From a virus (Duplodnaviria > Caudoviricetes), in the IMG/VR virus record IMGVR_UViG_3300037067_003400, positions 128,001-192,000 of that record: 64,000 bases of DNA. The stretch is one strand, 5' to 3'. Shown piece after piece: positions 26,244 through 36,900 of this stretch. The notes below the pieces were generated by a model, which was not told the origin of the DNA, did not search any database, and worked only from the letters and a program-made list of their open reading frames with translations. The first letter of the stretch is position 1. Every line of letters starts with the position of its first letter. The position numbers were made by a program, and so were the translations under genes.

Positions 26244-27156
26244 TTTCCTGTGCTTCTAGCATTTCTTTTGCTAATGCTTTATCTTCTGGTGAGGCAGCAT
26301 CCCATTGTTGGTGTAACCAGTATATTATTATATCCATAAGGTTTCTACCATCTTCTAATATATATTCTATTTCTTTATAATCAATTAAACCTCTTTTGTT
26401 TAATTCTTTAAATAGGTTTAGCGTATTAAAACCTATATGAATACCTATATCTGGTGATTGATTATATTGTCTTTGCTTTACTAATACATTTTTTAGCAAT
26501 GCACATCTATTGTTATGTAGTGCTTCTACTAATATAGCAGTATGTGACCATCTACTATTGTGTTGACTATATTCTTTATAATCTACTGCTGAGAATAAAG
26601 ATTTTTTTACTATACTTGTAGATATAAAACAGAAGTTATCATGTAGTCCTACGTCTTTCATTATGTCTTTTGCACATTGATATTCTACAATATTACTATC
26701 TACATTTTTATAGTATCTACTATCATTTTTCATTTTTTGAAAATAGTTATTACACAACTCTGTAGATAGATCTTTAGAGACTATACTTCTATTGGTAATA
26801 ATATAGTCATATATAGGTAGGTTGTTAAATACTGTTTCTATAGCTTCTGGTAACATTATATCGTCATCAGAAAAAATCCATACGTATTCACCAGTAGCTG
26901 CATTTGTTGTTTCTATTACATTACGCTCTGGATCACTATAATCTCTTCTTAGTAAAGTTATTGGAACTCCACAATTGCTAAGAGTATTTACATAGTCTAT
27001 ATATTCTTGTGGGGTATCTGAGCCACCATCTTTTATAATAATATTAATGTCACTTTTATGTGTACTTTGATTTATAGAAGTTAATATGCTTTCTATAGTC
27101 TGTGGTAAGAAAGCCATACGATTTCTTGACGGTATACATATACTTAAAGTTGGCAA
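26218..27156 (-). CDS. GT2 glycosyltransferase (RfbV/WbaV dideoxyhexosyltransferase-like)
   Basis: LSICIPSRNR, GEYVWIFSDDD, FCFISTSIVKK. Confidence 0.75.
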   Translation of the reverse strand: MPTLSICIPSRNRMAFLPQTIESILTSINQSTHKSDINIIIKDGGSDTPQEYIDYVNTLSNCGVPITLLRRDYSDPERNVIETTNAATGEYVWIFSDDDIMLPEAIETVFNNLPIYDYIITNRSIVSKDLSTELCNNYFQKMKNDSRYYKNVDSNIVEYQCAKDIMKDVGLHDNFCFISTSIVKKSLFSAVDYKEYSQHNSRWSHTAILVEALHNNRCALLKNVLVKQRQYNQSPDIGIHIGFNTLNLFKELNKRGLIDYKEIEYILEDGRNLMDIIIYWLHQQWDAASPEDKALAKEMLEAQESGKYAGAV

Positions 27157-27168
27157 ATGTCCTCTCCT

Positions 27169-27300
27169 TTATTTAGATACAAGTACTACTATAGTTAAAG
27201 CTATTATAGCTAAAACAAATCCTATTTCTACTTCATACGTAATAAGATATGCTCCTACTCTACTGAATAAACTTTCTCTCTTCTGCATTCTTTTCTTCAT
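27169..27300 (-). CDS. 43-aa membrane peptide
   Basis: Manual translation MKKRMQKRESLFSRVGAYLITYEVEIGFVLAIIALTIVVLVSK. Confidence 0.5.
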   Translation of the reverse strand: MKKRMQKRESLFSRVGAYLITYEVEIGFVLAIIALTIVVLVSK

Positions 27301-27313
27301 TGATTTACCCTTT

Positions 27314-27964
27314 TTAAATGTGGTCTGGGTGGAAAGACTCGTTTTCATCTACAAATATAAGTTTTAGGTAACTCTTTCTTGTACCTAGTAGTACTCTTTG
27401 TATGGAACGTTTCACACTTTCTTGTTTTTGCCCTACTGCTATGTTATTTTCTAGCAAATACTTAGCAGCATCTGCCGTAGTTTCAAATGATATGTCTAAT
27501 GTTGTACAACATATAGGTCTAGAAAAATCTCGTTCTATGCTTATATTATTTCCCCTTAGTATGTTTCTTATGGTATCTGTAGTACAGTTATAATGAGTAG
27601 CTGTATGTTTAACAGATTTTAGGTTAGTGTATGTCTGTATTACATCTTCATCAGCATGTGCAAAGTATCTAGTACCATCACCACCTAATGTTAGATTATA
27701 TCCATTTTTAAACGTAGCATATAATGATATATATTCTATTTCTTTTTCTTCAAGTATACCATTTTCGAATGTTCCTAAGAGCTCTACTGTAAAGTTGTCT
27801 GGTCCATATTTTTTAAATGCTTTATATAAGAGTCTATTATTATTTCTCTCTTTTTTACTATCATTTATATGTATAGCAAATCTTTTGGTTATGCTCATAT
27901 AAGTTTTGCCTATATAGCTTTTACTATTAATTCTGTTAGTTATTTTATAAATACTTCCAATCAT
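27314..27964 (-). mobile_element. free-standing GIY-YIG homing endonuclease (Seg-like) with C-terminal NUMOD1-like HTH
   Basis: GSIYKITNRINSKSYIGKT, KEIEYI, GYNLTLGGDG; C-terminal FETTADAAKYL. Confidence 0.88.
27321..27341 (-). repeat. relic tRNA-Pro 3' end (direct repeat of 28001..28013)
   Basis: Minus strand CGAGTCTTTCCACCCAGACCA; 13-bp exact match GTGGAAAGACTCG at 27329..27341 and 28001..28013. Confidence 0.8.
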
Positions 27965-27995
27965 ATGTGTCTCTTATAAGTTATGAATGATAGCG

Positions 27996-28069
27996 TCGGA
28001 GTGGAAAGACTCGAACTTTCAAAATTTCACGGTCCCAAGCCGTGTGCCTTACCATTTGGCCACACCCCG
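27996..28069 (-). tRNA. tRNA-Pro(UGG), no encoded CCA
   Basis: CGGGGTG/CACTCCG acceptor, loop CT-TGG-GA, TTCGAGT; ends A-CGC. Confidence 0.88.
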
Positions 28070-28070
28070 A

Positions 28071-28144
28071 TGGAGCAGATTACCAGAATCAAACTGGTAC
28101 TAAATGCTTGGAAGGCATTTGTGCTACCACTACACCAAATCTGC
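28071..28144 (-). tRNA. tRNA-Gly(UCC)
   Basis: GCAGATT/AATCTGC acceptor, loop CT-TCC-AA, U73-CCA; T-loop TTTGATT. Confidence 0.88.
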
Positions 28145-28175
28145 ATTGATAGTAAAACCTTATACCCCTATATAT

Positions 28176-28182
28176 ATTATAC
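28176..28182 (-). promoter_or_regulatory. putative promoter upstream of tRNA-Gly
   Basis: GGGTATAATATA about 30 nt upstream of the tRNA, after a terminator. Confidence 0.55.
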
Positions 28183-28242
28183 CCGTTACATAGAAATTTA
28201 AACAGTTTATATCTTATTGTACTATTTCTATTTATAAAACTT

Positions 28243-28273
28243 AAACAAAATAAGGGGCAGATAGTCTGCCCCT
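28243..28273 (-). terminator. intrinsic terminator ending the structural operon
   Basis: AGGGGCAGA-CTA-TCTGCCCCT then TATTTTGTTT on the minus strand. Confidence 0.8.
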
Positions 28274-28303
28274 GTTAGAGTTACTTGTGTTAATAGAAGT
28301 TAG

Positions 28304-28345
28304 TTAACCCCCACCTCCACCTTTCTTTCGTTTCTTGCAAGCCAT
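28304..28345 (-). CDS. 13-aa mini-ORF MACKKRKKGGGGG
   Basis: Near-perfect SD TAAGGAGGTGA followed by ATG; last ORF before the terminator. Confidence 0.5.
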   Translation of the reverse strand: MACKKRKKGGGGG

Positions 28346-28357
28346 TAGGTCACCTCC

Positions 28358-29464
28358 TTATACCCAGGTAGATTCAACTGCTGTAATTACTGGAGAAGCT
28401 CCAGCCATATTTTGTGTCAGGTTAAACTCTACCGTCTTGGTTGATATAGTATTTGAGATATAGGCAAGTGTGGTTTCATCCTTTCCTCTAACTGTATACA
28501 CTGGGCTACTGTACGTTGCGGCTCCTACGATAGGTGTGAAGTCCAATGTCAGTTTAGAGTTAGCCGCAAACTCAGTCATCTTTGCTTCTAATGCAATGAA
28601 TCCCCAGTAGAGATTGCTTGCATCTGGAAGTTCTAAATGAATTAATATATCTGAAACTTTAGATGGTGGGAAGAATAGTCTACTATTTCCAAAAGCTAAT
28701 ACTTTATCTACACTATAGTTAGGTAGATAAGATAGATCGCAGGCTATCCAACTTGAACCATAAGGTCTATAGTATACACCTTTTAGGTTTTGTGTAAGGG
28801 CTGGGTATGGGTGGATGGCTATTGTATTAACATAATCATTAGTGAATACTTCTACTGGTAACTGTACTTTAATCCATACATCTGTAACTTCAGAAGCTTT
28901 CTCTACCCAGGCAGTTTCATTCTTTATATCTAAAGCATATTTATAGTCTACTGCTTTTGTATATTCATAATCTTGTGGGGGTGTTGAGCCAGCTGGTTTA
29001 TAACAGTACCCTACACTTACAGACTCTGGTATCCATGCGTCTCCATTAGCATCTTCTGTTATTAGTTTATTAGTCTCATTATTTATATGTAATGTAGCTT
29101 GTCCATAAGTAGTAGATATATCTGCTGCTGTACTGATACCATCTAATACTGCCGTTTGACATTCTAAAGAATACATTGAGACTATAGTAGCATTAGAAGA
29201 TAATGCAAACGTAGTTAGTAGTGCACTTAGTTGACTTGACAAAGCTGATACTTTAGATGATATAGCTGCTGCTTGCATAGTAAATACTTCAGTAGCTTTT
29301 GCTAATGTGTCTCCTATATCAGAAGCATAACTATATAAAGTAAGTATATCTGCTCTTAAGTTAGTGTTCATTATATTAAGTATGTCTGAATTAGATTGGC
29401 CACCATACTTTATAATTGGATTGCTTGGAGTCTCTAATATAGACTCTGTAGATTTAATTGACAT
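28358..29464 (-). CDS. putative virion structural (baseplate/fibre-associated) protein
   Basis: N-terminal coiled coil, beta-sandwich-like remainder; in the structural operon. Confidence 0.55.
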   Translation of the reverse strand: MSIKSTESILETPSNPIIKYGGQSNSDILNIMNTNLRADILTLYSYASDIGDTLAKATEVFTMQAAAISSKVSALSSQLSALLTTFALSSNATIVSMYSLECQTAVLDGISTAADISTTYGQATLHINNETNKLITEDANGDAWIPESVSVGYCYKPAGSTPPQDYEYTKAVDYKYALDIKNETAWVEKASEVTDVWIKVQLPVEVFTNDYVNTIAIHPYPALTQNLKGVYYRPYGSSWIACDLSYLPNYSVDKVLAFGNSRLFFPPSKVSDILIHLELPDASNLYWGFIALEAKMTEFAANSKLTLDFTPIVGAATYSSPVYTVRGKDETTLAYISNTISTKTVEFNLTQNMAGASPVITAVESTWV

Positions 29465-29699
29465 ACGTTTTTCTCCTAATGAATTCTGATATTACACGAG
29501 CCTTCTGTATTACTGGGGTATATGTAGAAGAGAATGCTGTGAAACAATCTGGGATATCTGTGTCGTAAGTAGTGTGGTGGGTATTCAATGTATTTTGTAT
29601 AGTTCTTAGATCTGCTATACCCCCTCCTACTTGTGTTACCAATTTAACAGACTCTCTTGGTCCTCTATATCTGAAGTTTATATCTGGTGTATGAATCAT
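29454..29699 (-). CDS. small putative structural protein
   Basis: NFRYRGPRES motif; coupled within the operon. Confidence 0.5.
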   Translation of the reverse strand: MIHTPDINFRYRGPRESVKLVTQVGGGIADLRTIQNTLNTHHTTYDTDIPDCFTAFSSTYTPVIQKARVISEFIRRKTYVN

Positions 29700-29708
29700 A
29701 ATAACCCC

Positions 29709-31949
29709 TTAATTAATATGTAACTCGTAACCATGTAGCTTAGGTGTAGTTGTTACATCTGTATCTTTTGTGAAATCAAATCTTAGTCTAACTGTATCTA
29801 TAACTGAACCTTCTATTGTGCTACACTGTAGATTTAATGCTGGTGCTACTGGGATATTTTGTGCGTCAAATGCTGAGGCAGCTACTCCTATAGTAGGATT
29901 GTAGTTAAATAATATAGAAGCTGTTGTAGCTGATGGTATTGTAGTTAGTGCCCAACAGGAGTTATTATTTACTGGAGTGATTTGTCGTAGTTCGAATTCA
30001 GAAACTTTCTTCTGGAATCCTAATGTAGCTTGTGCTCTATATATAGATGAGTCTAATGATATAGGGTTAAAGTTTGTATAGAACCCGATAGCACTTTTAT
30101 ATATACCTTCTTGAAGTCCTTGTGCATCTAAATCAGTATTGTTTGATAGGCCTGGATAGTATATATAAATTTGTAATTTGTTCCAGCCTTTTTCTAATTT
30201 GTAGTTAGCTCTATTAGATAGTACAGTGTCATCTGATATAGTAGTCTTAGCTGTTGCCATATACTTAGAAGACATTATATACTTATCATTTAGATATATA
30301 CTAAATGGTGCTGCTACTTTACTACCTACTAAAGCTGGGCCAGATACTAAAGCTTTCTTTCTATAGTATACTTTTTCTTCTGGTGCATATACGTAGATAG
30401 TAAACCTGTAATTTCCTTTTTCGGCAAGAAGATCATTCCCAGAATAATCTACAATTCCTATCTGTAAGAATTCTTTATCTCCTGTGGAGCCATCAGTATA
30501 TTTAGCATCTTGCATACATAGCATGTTTCCACTTGATATTAATGTAGATGTATTAGAGGCTACTAAATCTATATTCTTACTATACGCTGGTGTAAAGAAT
30601 CCATTTACTATACCTACTCTGTTTTCGTAATCATCTGGTGTAGGTATATGGTCTGAGCCATCATGATAGCTCCAGTCATAATTAAAGTATTCTACATAGA
30701 CTTGGTTACTACCTTTTACTATACTCTCTGAGCCATTAACTAATTGAGCTGGTACTCCATTGAACCGATAGAACTTAATAACAGCATCTTCTGCTGTATA
30801 GTCGTCAATAACTATGCTATTAGTATCTATAGGAATGTTAGAGATGTTAGTATTATTAAGTATTAGGTCACTATTATTAATAGCTATCCAATTATTTTCT
30901 CCTGCCTTTTCAATAAAAGCTTTTATATTAGTTCCCTTAGGTGAGAACATTTCCATCTTTAGATTAGCAGTTATTATATTGGCTTTCACTAATGGGTTTA
31001 TAGATGATACTTGTAATGGTAATGTGTATAAGCTTCCATAGTTATTGAAGCCTAAGCGTAGTAGTTGTAGTTTCTTTATACCAACATCCCCTCCGCTTAC
31101 TGTTAACTTTATGTAAGAAGCTTGTATTTGTTCGAAGGAATATGTTTTATTTGTTTTAATATTTTCTGATATAAGTGGGTAGTAGTTAAGGCTATCATTA
31201 GACCATTCTATTTTTAATGATAAAGGTGTGGCTATTTCAATATAGATACCATCTATTGTGTGCATGTCTATATTTGGAGTGTTAGTATTTATATTATTAA
31301 GATGTATTATTGCTTCATATGAGTTAGTACCAAGTGATGCTACCCATACATTGTTTGTATTGTCATTAAAGATATTAGCTATTGGAGAGAATACTTTACC
31401 ATTAGCAGATTCTTTTATTACCTCTGCATTTTGCATAGCATAGGCATATGTGTTATTCTTTGATTTAGCTAATGTAACGACGCCTTCATCTACATCTATA
31501 TCTACTGTAGAAGATATCAAATCTATATTATCTACATTATTAAAAGTATCGAATAAAGAATATGTATAGTTATTTGTTACACCTGTAATAAGTCTATCTA
31601 CTTCTTGCTCTAACTTTAGTGCTTTCTTTTTGACATAAGTTGATTGGGAGTCAAACATTTGATATGTTGTTAACATATTATCTGAAACATATACTAAAGA
31701 GTTATATAAGAATGTAAGGTCTTCCTTTATATCTTCGAAAGTTCTTTGAATATCCTTACCATCTTTTCCTCCTATAGTGTCATTGTATATAGCAGGTCTT
31801 AATTTAGTTAAAGGTTTTCCCCAAGACTTACCAGCCATCTTAGTAGATATGTTATTGAGAAGCACACCTATAGATGGAAAGATTCCTTTTTGTAGTAGGG
31901 TCTTTACCGTGTTATTAATTACTATTGTCTTTTGTCTAATTGATATCAT
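29709..31949 (-). CDS. putative virion structural protein
   Basis: N-terminal coiled coil, then DTFNN..IDL..STVDID; architecture shared with neighbours (ends TPKLHGYEL). Confidence 0.6.
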   Translation of the reverse strand: MISIRQKTIVINNTVKTLLQKGIFPSIGVLLNNISTKMAGKSWGKPLTKLRPAIYNDTIGGKDGKDIQRTFEDIKEDLTFLYNSLVYVSDNMLTTYQMFDSQSTYVKKKALKLEQEVDRLITGVTNNYTYSLFDTFNNVDNIDLISSTVDIDVDEGVVTLAKSKNNTYAYAMQNAEVIKESANGKVFSPIANIFNDNTNNVWVASLGTNSYEAIIHLNNINTNTPNIDMHTIDGIYIEIATPLSLKIEWSNDSLNYYPLISENIKTNKTYSFEQIQASYIKLTVSGGDVGIKKLQLLRLGFNNYGSLYTLPLQVSSINPLVKANIITANLKMEMFSPKGTNIKAFIEKAGENNWIAINNSDLILNNTNISNIPIDTNSIVIDDYTAEDAVIKFYRFNGVPAQLVNGSESIVKGSNQVYVEYFNYDWSYHDGSDHIPTPDDYENRVGIVNGFFTPAYSKNIDLVASNTSTLISSGNMLCMQDAKYTDGSTGDKEFLQIGIVDYSGNDLLAEKGNYRFTIYVYAPEEKVYYRKKALVSGPALVGSKVAAPFSIYLNDKYIMSSKYMATAKTTISDDTVLSNRANYKLEKGWNKLQIYIYYPGLSNNTDLDAQGLQEGIYKSAIGFYTNFNPISLDSSIYRAQATLGFQKKVSEFELRQITPVNNNSCWALTTIPSATTASILFNYNPTIGVAASAFDAQNIPVAPALNLQCSTIEGSVIDTVRLRFDFTKDTDVTTTPKLHGYELHIN

Positions 31950-33966
31950 CTGCTGGTAATCCTTTTATTGCGTAATAACTTAACACAGGAGATTCTGTTG
32001 GTTTATCTACTGGACGAGAAAGTATAGCCCTAAAGTAAATTATATTAGTGTTAGGTATTGCTATTACTGATTTTTCTATATCATTTTTCTGGGGTATTAT
32101 TTCTGTCCAGTTAGTTCCATCTGGACTTACTTCATAACGGATCCACTTCTTAGAAGTATCCCAAGTTTCTGGTATAAACTCTCCTACTATAAGCGATACT
32201 GCTTTTACATCTTTACCAAAGTACATTGGTTTAGAGGTGAACACTGAAGTATTTGCATAAAGTCTTTTGTATATTCCTAAGTCTCGTATACCAATAGAAT
32301 ATCTGTATGCATTAAATATGTCATAGTATTCATCAATACCTACAACACTTCTTCTTACACCAGTACCTCCTAAAAATGAAGCTGCTATTCCAGCCCACAT
32401 ACCTATTCCAGGTATCATTGATGCCACACCTAACACTGTTTTTAAAGCACCAGTCCCACCAGTTGTACTTTCATAGGTATCTATCTCATCATCTGAAACT
32501 CTTGCATACTCTGTCCAATCATGCCTATGCCCCCACATACTGGTTTCTGTAGCTGCTGTTTTCTTTCTATAGAACTTATGAGCTATCTTTGTTTTGTATG
32601 CCTCTGCTTGAGTTAGTGTAAATCTTATATACTTAACTTTCTTTTTATTACAAGGAACTATTGCTAAGCCATTAGAACTCTTAACAGGTATACCTGTTTC
32701 ATTTCCAATAGGTGAGTTAAGATTCTTATTTAGTATAATAGGTTTTGTTAATACGTTAGTCCAAACAGTACTATCCTCACCTCTTACTTCTACTGTATCT
32801 AATGAGTATGGTAAGCCACTGTCTAAGAATGGATTTAACTCTATCCATGTAATTTCTCTTTCCATATCAAATTCTATAGTAAACATTAGTGTAAGAGAAT
32901 TTTTAGGTGTACCCATACAAGTATGAACTGTTTTATATGGGCCTTCTGGTGCTGCTGCTCCTGGGAATGCTATTTGTGCTTTCCATCCATAGTCTTTAGT
33001 TAGTGTATTCTTTCCATTATCTCTAAAGTTGGATTGCTCTCCAGCATATGCATACCACTTATCAGCAACGTAAGCTTCTGTGCTTTTAGAAATGTCCCCA
33101 GGATTTATTGATAAGATAGCTTGTTCTTTTCCACTATCTGAAGCTACATAACCACTTCGAGCTACTACCTTCTGAACCACAGGCACTACATATTTTTCCC
33201 ACTCAAACCATGTAGATGTGTCGGAATCAAACATCCCAGTTATATTAGATGAGTCTTTCTGTGAAGCGTTTCTTAATACAGGTGTGATAGGTGTATTAAA
33301 TTCTTCGTCTGAAGCTTTATACTCATTAGCATTTTCAAAGTCTTTATTCAAAACTTCTAAATTATTTCCAGGCATTCCTTCAGGTACTTTATCTTTTGAT
33401 AATGGATGTTCTACTGAAACACTTTTTATCTTTGATATTAATTCTTCTTCACCATCTAACTTAAGTTGTACTATTCCTTTTGATGCTTCTACTGTTACTG
33501 TAGAATTAGTTAAGTCTATAGAATCTGTAGTAGTAAAGGAGTCTCCTACCCATTGGTAGGTTGGGTCTGAATCTGATATCCAGAGCTGTAGTTTATCTAC
33601 TTTAGAATTTAATCCAGCTAATAGTTTTCTTAATCCTACTCTCTCTATACCACAAAGATTAACAACAGCTTTAGCAGCAAGTCTTAATCTATCTATCTGC
33701 TGGTAACCTATTGATAAGTCTGTGTCAATTTGTCCTAAAGGTAACTGTATGATATCAGTTTTTAGAAACTCTCCTTTAGTTGTTTCTATTGGTGATATAC
33801 TTGGTTTGCCAATGTTATCGTAGAAGTTAGCATACTCATTAGTTACAAAAGCCAGTAATCTATTTTCTATAGAAAGTTGTCCTGTGTTAAAAGTATCTGC
33901 TATATTACTTAGAGCTACCTTAGCACGTTCTTTATTCATTGTTAGTGTATGTTCGTGAATTGACAT
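31936..33966 (-). CDS. putative virion structural protein
   Basis: Architecture paralogous to 29709..31949 (DSFTT..IDL..STVTVE; ends SPVLSYYAI). Confidence 0.6.
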   Translation of the reverse strand: MSIHEHTLTMNKERAKVALSNIADTFNTGQLSIENRLLAFVTNEYANFYDNIGKPSISPIETTKGEFLKTDIIQLPLGQIDTDLSIGYQQIDRLRLAAKAVVNLCGIERVGLRKLLAGLNSKVDKLQLWISDSDPTYQWVGDSFTTTDSIDLTNSTVTVEASKGIVQLKLDGEEELISKIKSVSVEHPLSKDKVPEGMPGNNLEVLNKDFENANEYKASDEEFNTPITPVLRNASQKDSSNITGMFDSDTSTWFEWEKYVVPVVQKVVARSGYVASDSGKEQAILSINPGDISKSTEAYVADKWYAYAGEQSNFRDNGKNTLTKDYGWKAQIAFPGAAAPEGPYKTVHTCMGTPKNSLTLMFTIEFDMEREITWIELNPFLDSGLPYSLDTVEVRGEDSTVWTNVLTKPIILNKNLNSPIGNETGIPVKSSNGLAIVPCNKKKVKYIRFTLTQAEAYKTKIAHKFYRKKTAATETSMWGHRHDWTEYARVSDDEIDTYESTTGGTGALKTVLGVASMIPGIGMWAGIAASFLGGTGVRRSVVGIDEYYDIFNAYRYSIGIRDLGIYKRLYANTSVFTSKPMYFGKDVKAVSLIVGEFIPETWDTSKKWIRYEVSPDGTNWTEIIPQKNDIEKSVIAIPNTNIIYFRAILSRPVDKPTESPVLSYYAIKGLPADDIN

Positions 33967-33969
33967 TTG

Positions 33970-36900
33970 TTACTTCCTAATGTTTAGTAAGACTGTGTAG
34001 TCGTAGATTACAGGTGATCCTGTTATAACCTGATCTCTTAAGTTGGAATCCATTTCAATTACTATACGAGGATTCACTCCCAGAGTTTGATAGTCTACAG
34101 TTATTTCGGCAGGAGTATCTCCTAAATAGAATAAGTCATTTGCAAAGACTATCTCTCCAAATTCATTTATGTAGTACTCATAGACAGGATAGTATTTTTC
34201 TGGGTTACTCTTATCGTCATTGAATAGTTTTAGTGTTGGAGTAGTACCATTTACATAGTCTGTCATATTTCTTGTTACTGGGTATGATTGTGATAGTAGA
34301 GGAGAGAGCCCCTCTACTTGTGTAGTATCTAATACAAACTCTTCACCAGCTAAATACCCAGCTGCTGAGACTCTGGTTCTATAGTATGCAATCACTATAT
34401 AAGTATCTTCTATATCTGTGTCTGTGATTCCAGCAGGTATCTGACTAAATCCAGCTGACTTCATTATGATTCTTGTTTTATTATAGTAAGAAGCTGTTGA
34501 GTCGCTCTTTGTAGAAGCTACCCCTACTACATCATAGTTAGATGGCTTAATAAGTATATCATTAGTATGGTCCATTGCTGTTCCAACAATGTCTCCTACT
34601 TTATGCCAGTATAAAGCAACTCTATTACCACGCTTACTTACGTCATCCCACTCTATAGGATACTTAGTAATGTATGTAGTAGATGAAAGTTTATGCTCTT
34701 CTATTATTTTTCTGGATATAGTATTGTCTCTTGTAGCAACAGTCTTATCAGTAGTACTCGTATCTGTAATAACAGAGCCATCAGTTTCTATATCTAATAC
34801 TTCTCTGCTTACTAACTTAGATAATTGGTTCTCTGCTCTACCTAATATATCTGGGAAGATAAGTTTATTATTTATTTTTAGTTTTACTTCTATTGGTTTA
34901 TATCCTGGGATTGTTTTTATTATCGTCTCGCACAGTTGCCAGTAGTCACTATTTGCCGCTGACGGAACATATGTAGAAGCTGGTGTAGAAGCAGAATTAT
35001 GCCCACGGATACACGTGTAATACGTGCCATCAGTAGGGTATGCTACTCTATTTCCAAAGACATACGTAGATGCATTATTCCAGACTCCAGAGTTAGAGGA
35101 ACTGTTAACTGTATATAATACATTTGTAGTATTAGGATCATAAGTAAATAGTTTTAATGAGTCGTAGCTATCTAATGTATTTTTTATAGTAGCTATCTTT
35201 TCTCTACTTATGTATGGGAATAAAGATAGCTTTGCTTTATGGTATCTGTCAGTTCCATTAATAATATCTTTTGTTTGCTTTGGAGCAATTGATATATAAC
35301 TGTCGGGTCCTGGTTCTCCTACTGCTTTGAGCTTAAGATTATAGTTTGGAGCTTCAAGTTTTTTTAGATTATTAAGAGCTATTGATTCATCTTCTGATAG
35401 AGATACATAAAATCTAATATCAGTTTCATTACTATCTCCAGTATTCATAGTAGGTAGTAATGTTAACTCTCTAATCTCTCCTGGTAAATTAAAAGATTGT
35501 GATACCCAGTAGCCAGACTTAATAAATTCTCTGTAACGTAAATCTAATTCCCAGCCCCCAAGTATGTATTCATATTTAGTTAGATTAACAAGTTCCTCTG
35601 TTGGGTTAGCTATATGATATAGCTTAACTATTAAATCTTTTATCTTTCCACCAAGTCTATTAACTATTATATTTAAGTCATTATCTTCTGGTAGGTTGTA
35701 ACGCAAATCAGATTGTATAGTAGTTCCACTTGCTGATGAATCTGTTAACACATTATCTTCTGATACTAATACCATATTCCATAAGTCTTGTTCAGCAAGA
35801 TATGATCTTGGAATATTGTATTGCTTTAGTGTATAGTGTGGCTGTGCTAATGTTAACCACAATGTTTTACAAGCAATATTCTTACCACGTGACTGAGATA
35901 GATTAACTATTTTGTCACCTGATATTTCTGTGTCTAAAAGAAGTTGTTCTGAGTAATCTGTTGACAATTGTATGTTATCTATATAAGTTGTAGTAGTATC
36001 TCCAAAGACTTGGAACTCTAACATTAGTTTTTTGTAGGTTATATTATCTACTATATTAATAAACTTATTTACTTGTGCCCACTCTTTATTATATTTATAT
36101 GGTTGAGATATAATCTGGGAAAATAAAGTGAGTACTCCAGAAGTAGCTGTCTCTCCTTTTAGTAATACTTTTACTGTAGTCTCTGGGGTTGTTTGTTTTA
36201 ACAATAAACTTAAAGAAAGTAATCGTGGCATATCAGTTGTGTAGTCTGTTTGTATACCACCACTTAAAAAGATTATGTCTCGTGTAAATGTACAATTAGC
36301 AGTATCGCTTCCTGTTATAACTTCTAAGCATTGGCTTCCATCCATACCAGAGCCTGTTGCTACTTGAGCTGTAGCTGTAGTAGTTGTTATAGTCCACCCT
36401 GTAGTATCGTCTTTGAAGTTTCCATTTATTGGGATCATGCCTCCACTTGTTTTGTCGGTAACAAGATTCCCAGTCCAGTCTATAGCAAGTAACTTCATTG
36501 GGTATGGTGATAATGGTTTAAAACTTAATTCATTTATTGGTGTAAGATAATCAAAGTCTACTCTTAACCTAACAACAGCCCCGCCTTTATAGTTAGCTGG
36601 TAACCAGTTTATATTTTCTATGTTTGCTGCTATTGGGGCATCTGCTAATATAACCTCTCTCCAAAAGGAGTTATAGTTTCCATCTACTAATTCAGTTATA
36701 CTATGTCGTGTTTCTGTGGATATACCAAGCATATTCTCTATTGATATCTTACACATTTTTCTATCTGCAACTGATATTGTTCTTGATATGTCACCTATTA
36801 GTTGTCTACGTAGTGACATAGATACTGGGTCTACCCATAATTTATTTTTATCAGTTGGAATCTTAGTGTTATCACAAGTATCAGTAGAGAAGGTTTCTGT

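Noticed and set aside
27321-28013. Group I intron or integrase att site within tRNA-Pro
   Set aside because: No non-coding room for an intron core around the ORF, the upstream tRNA is already complete, and there is no integrase between the repeats.
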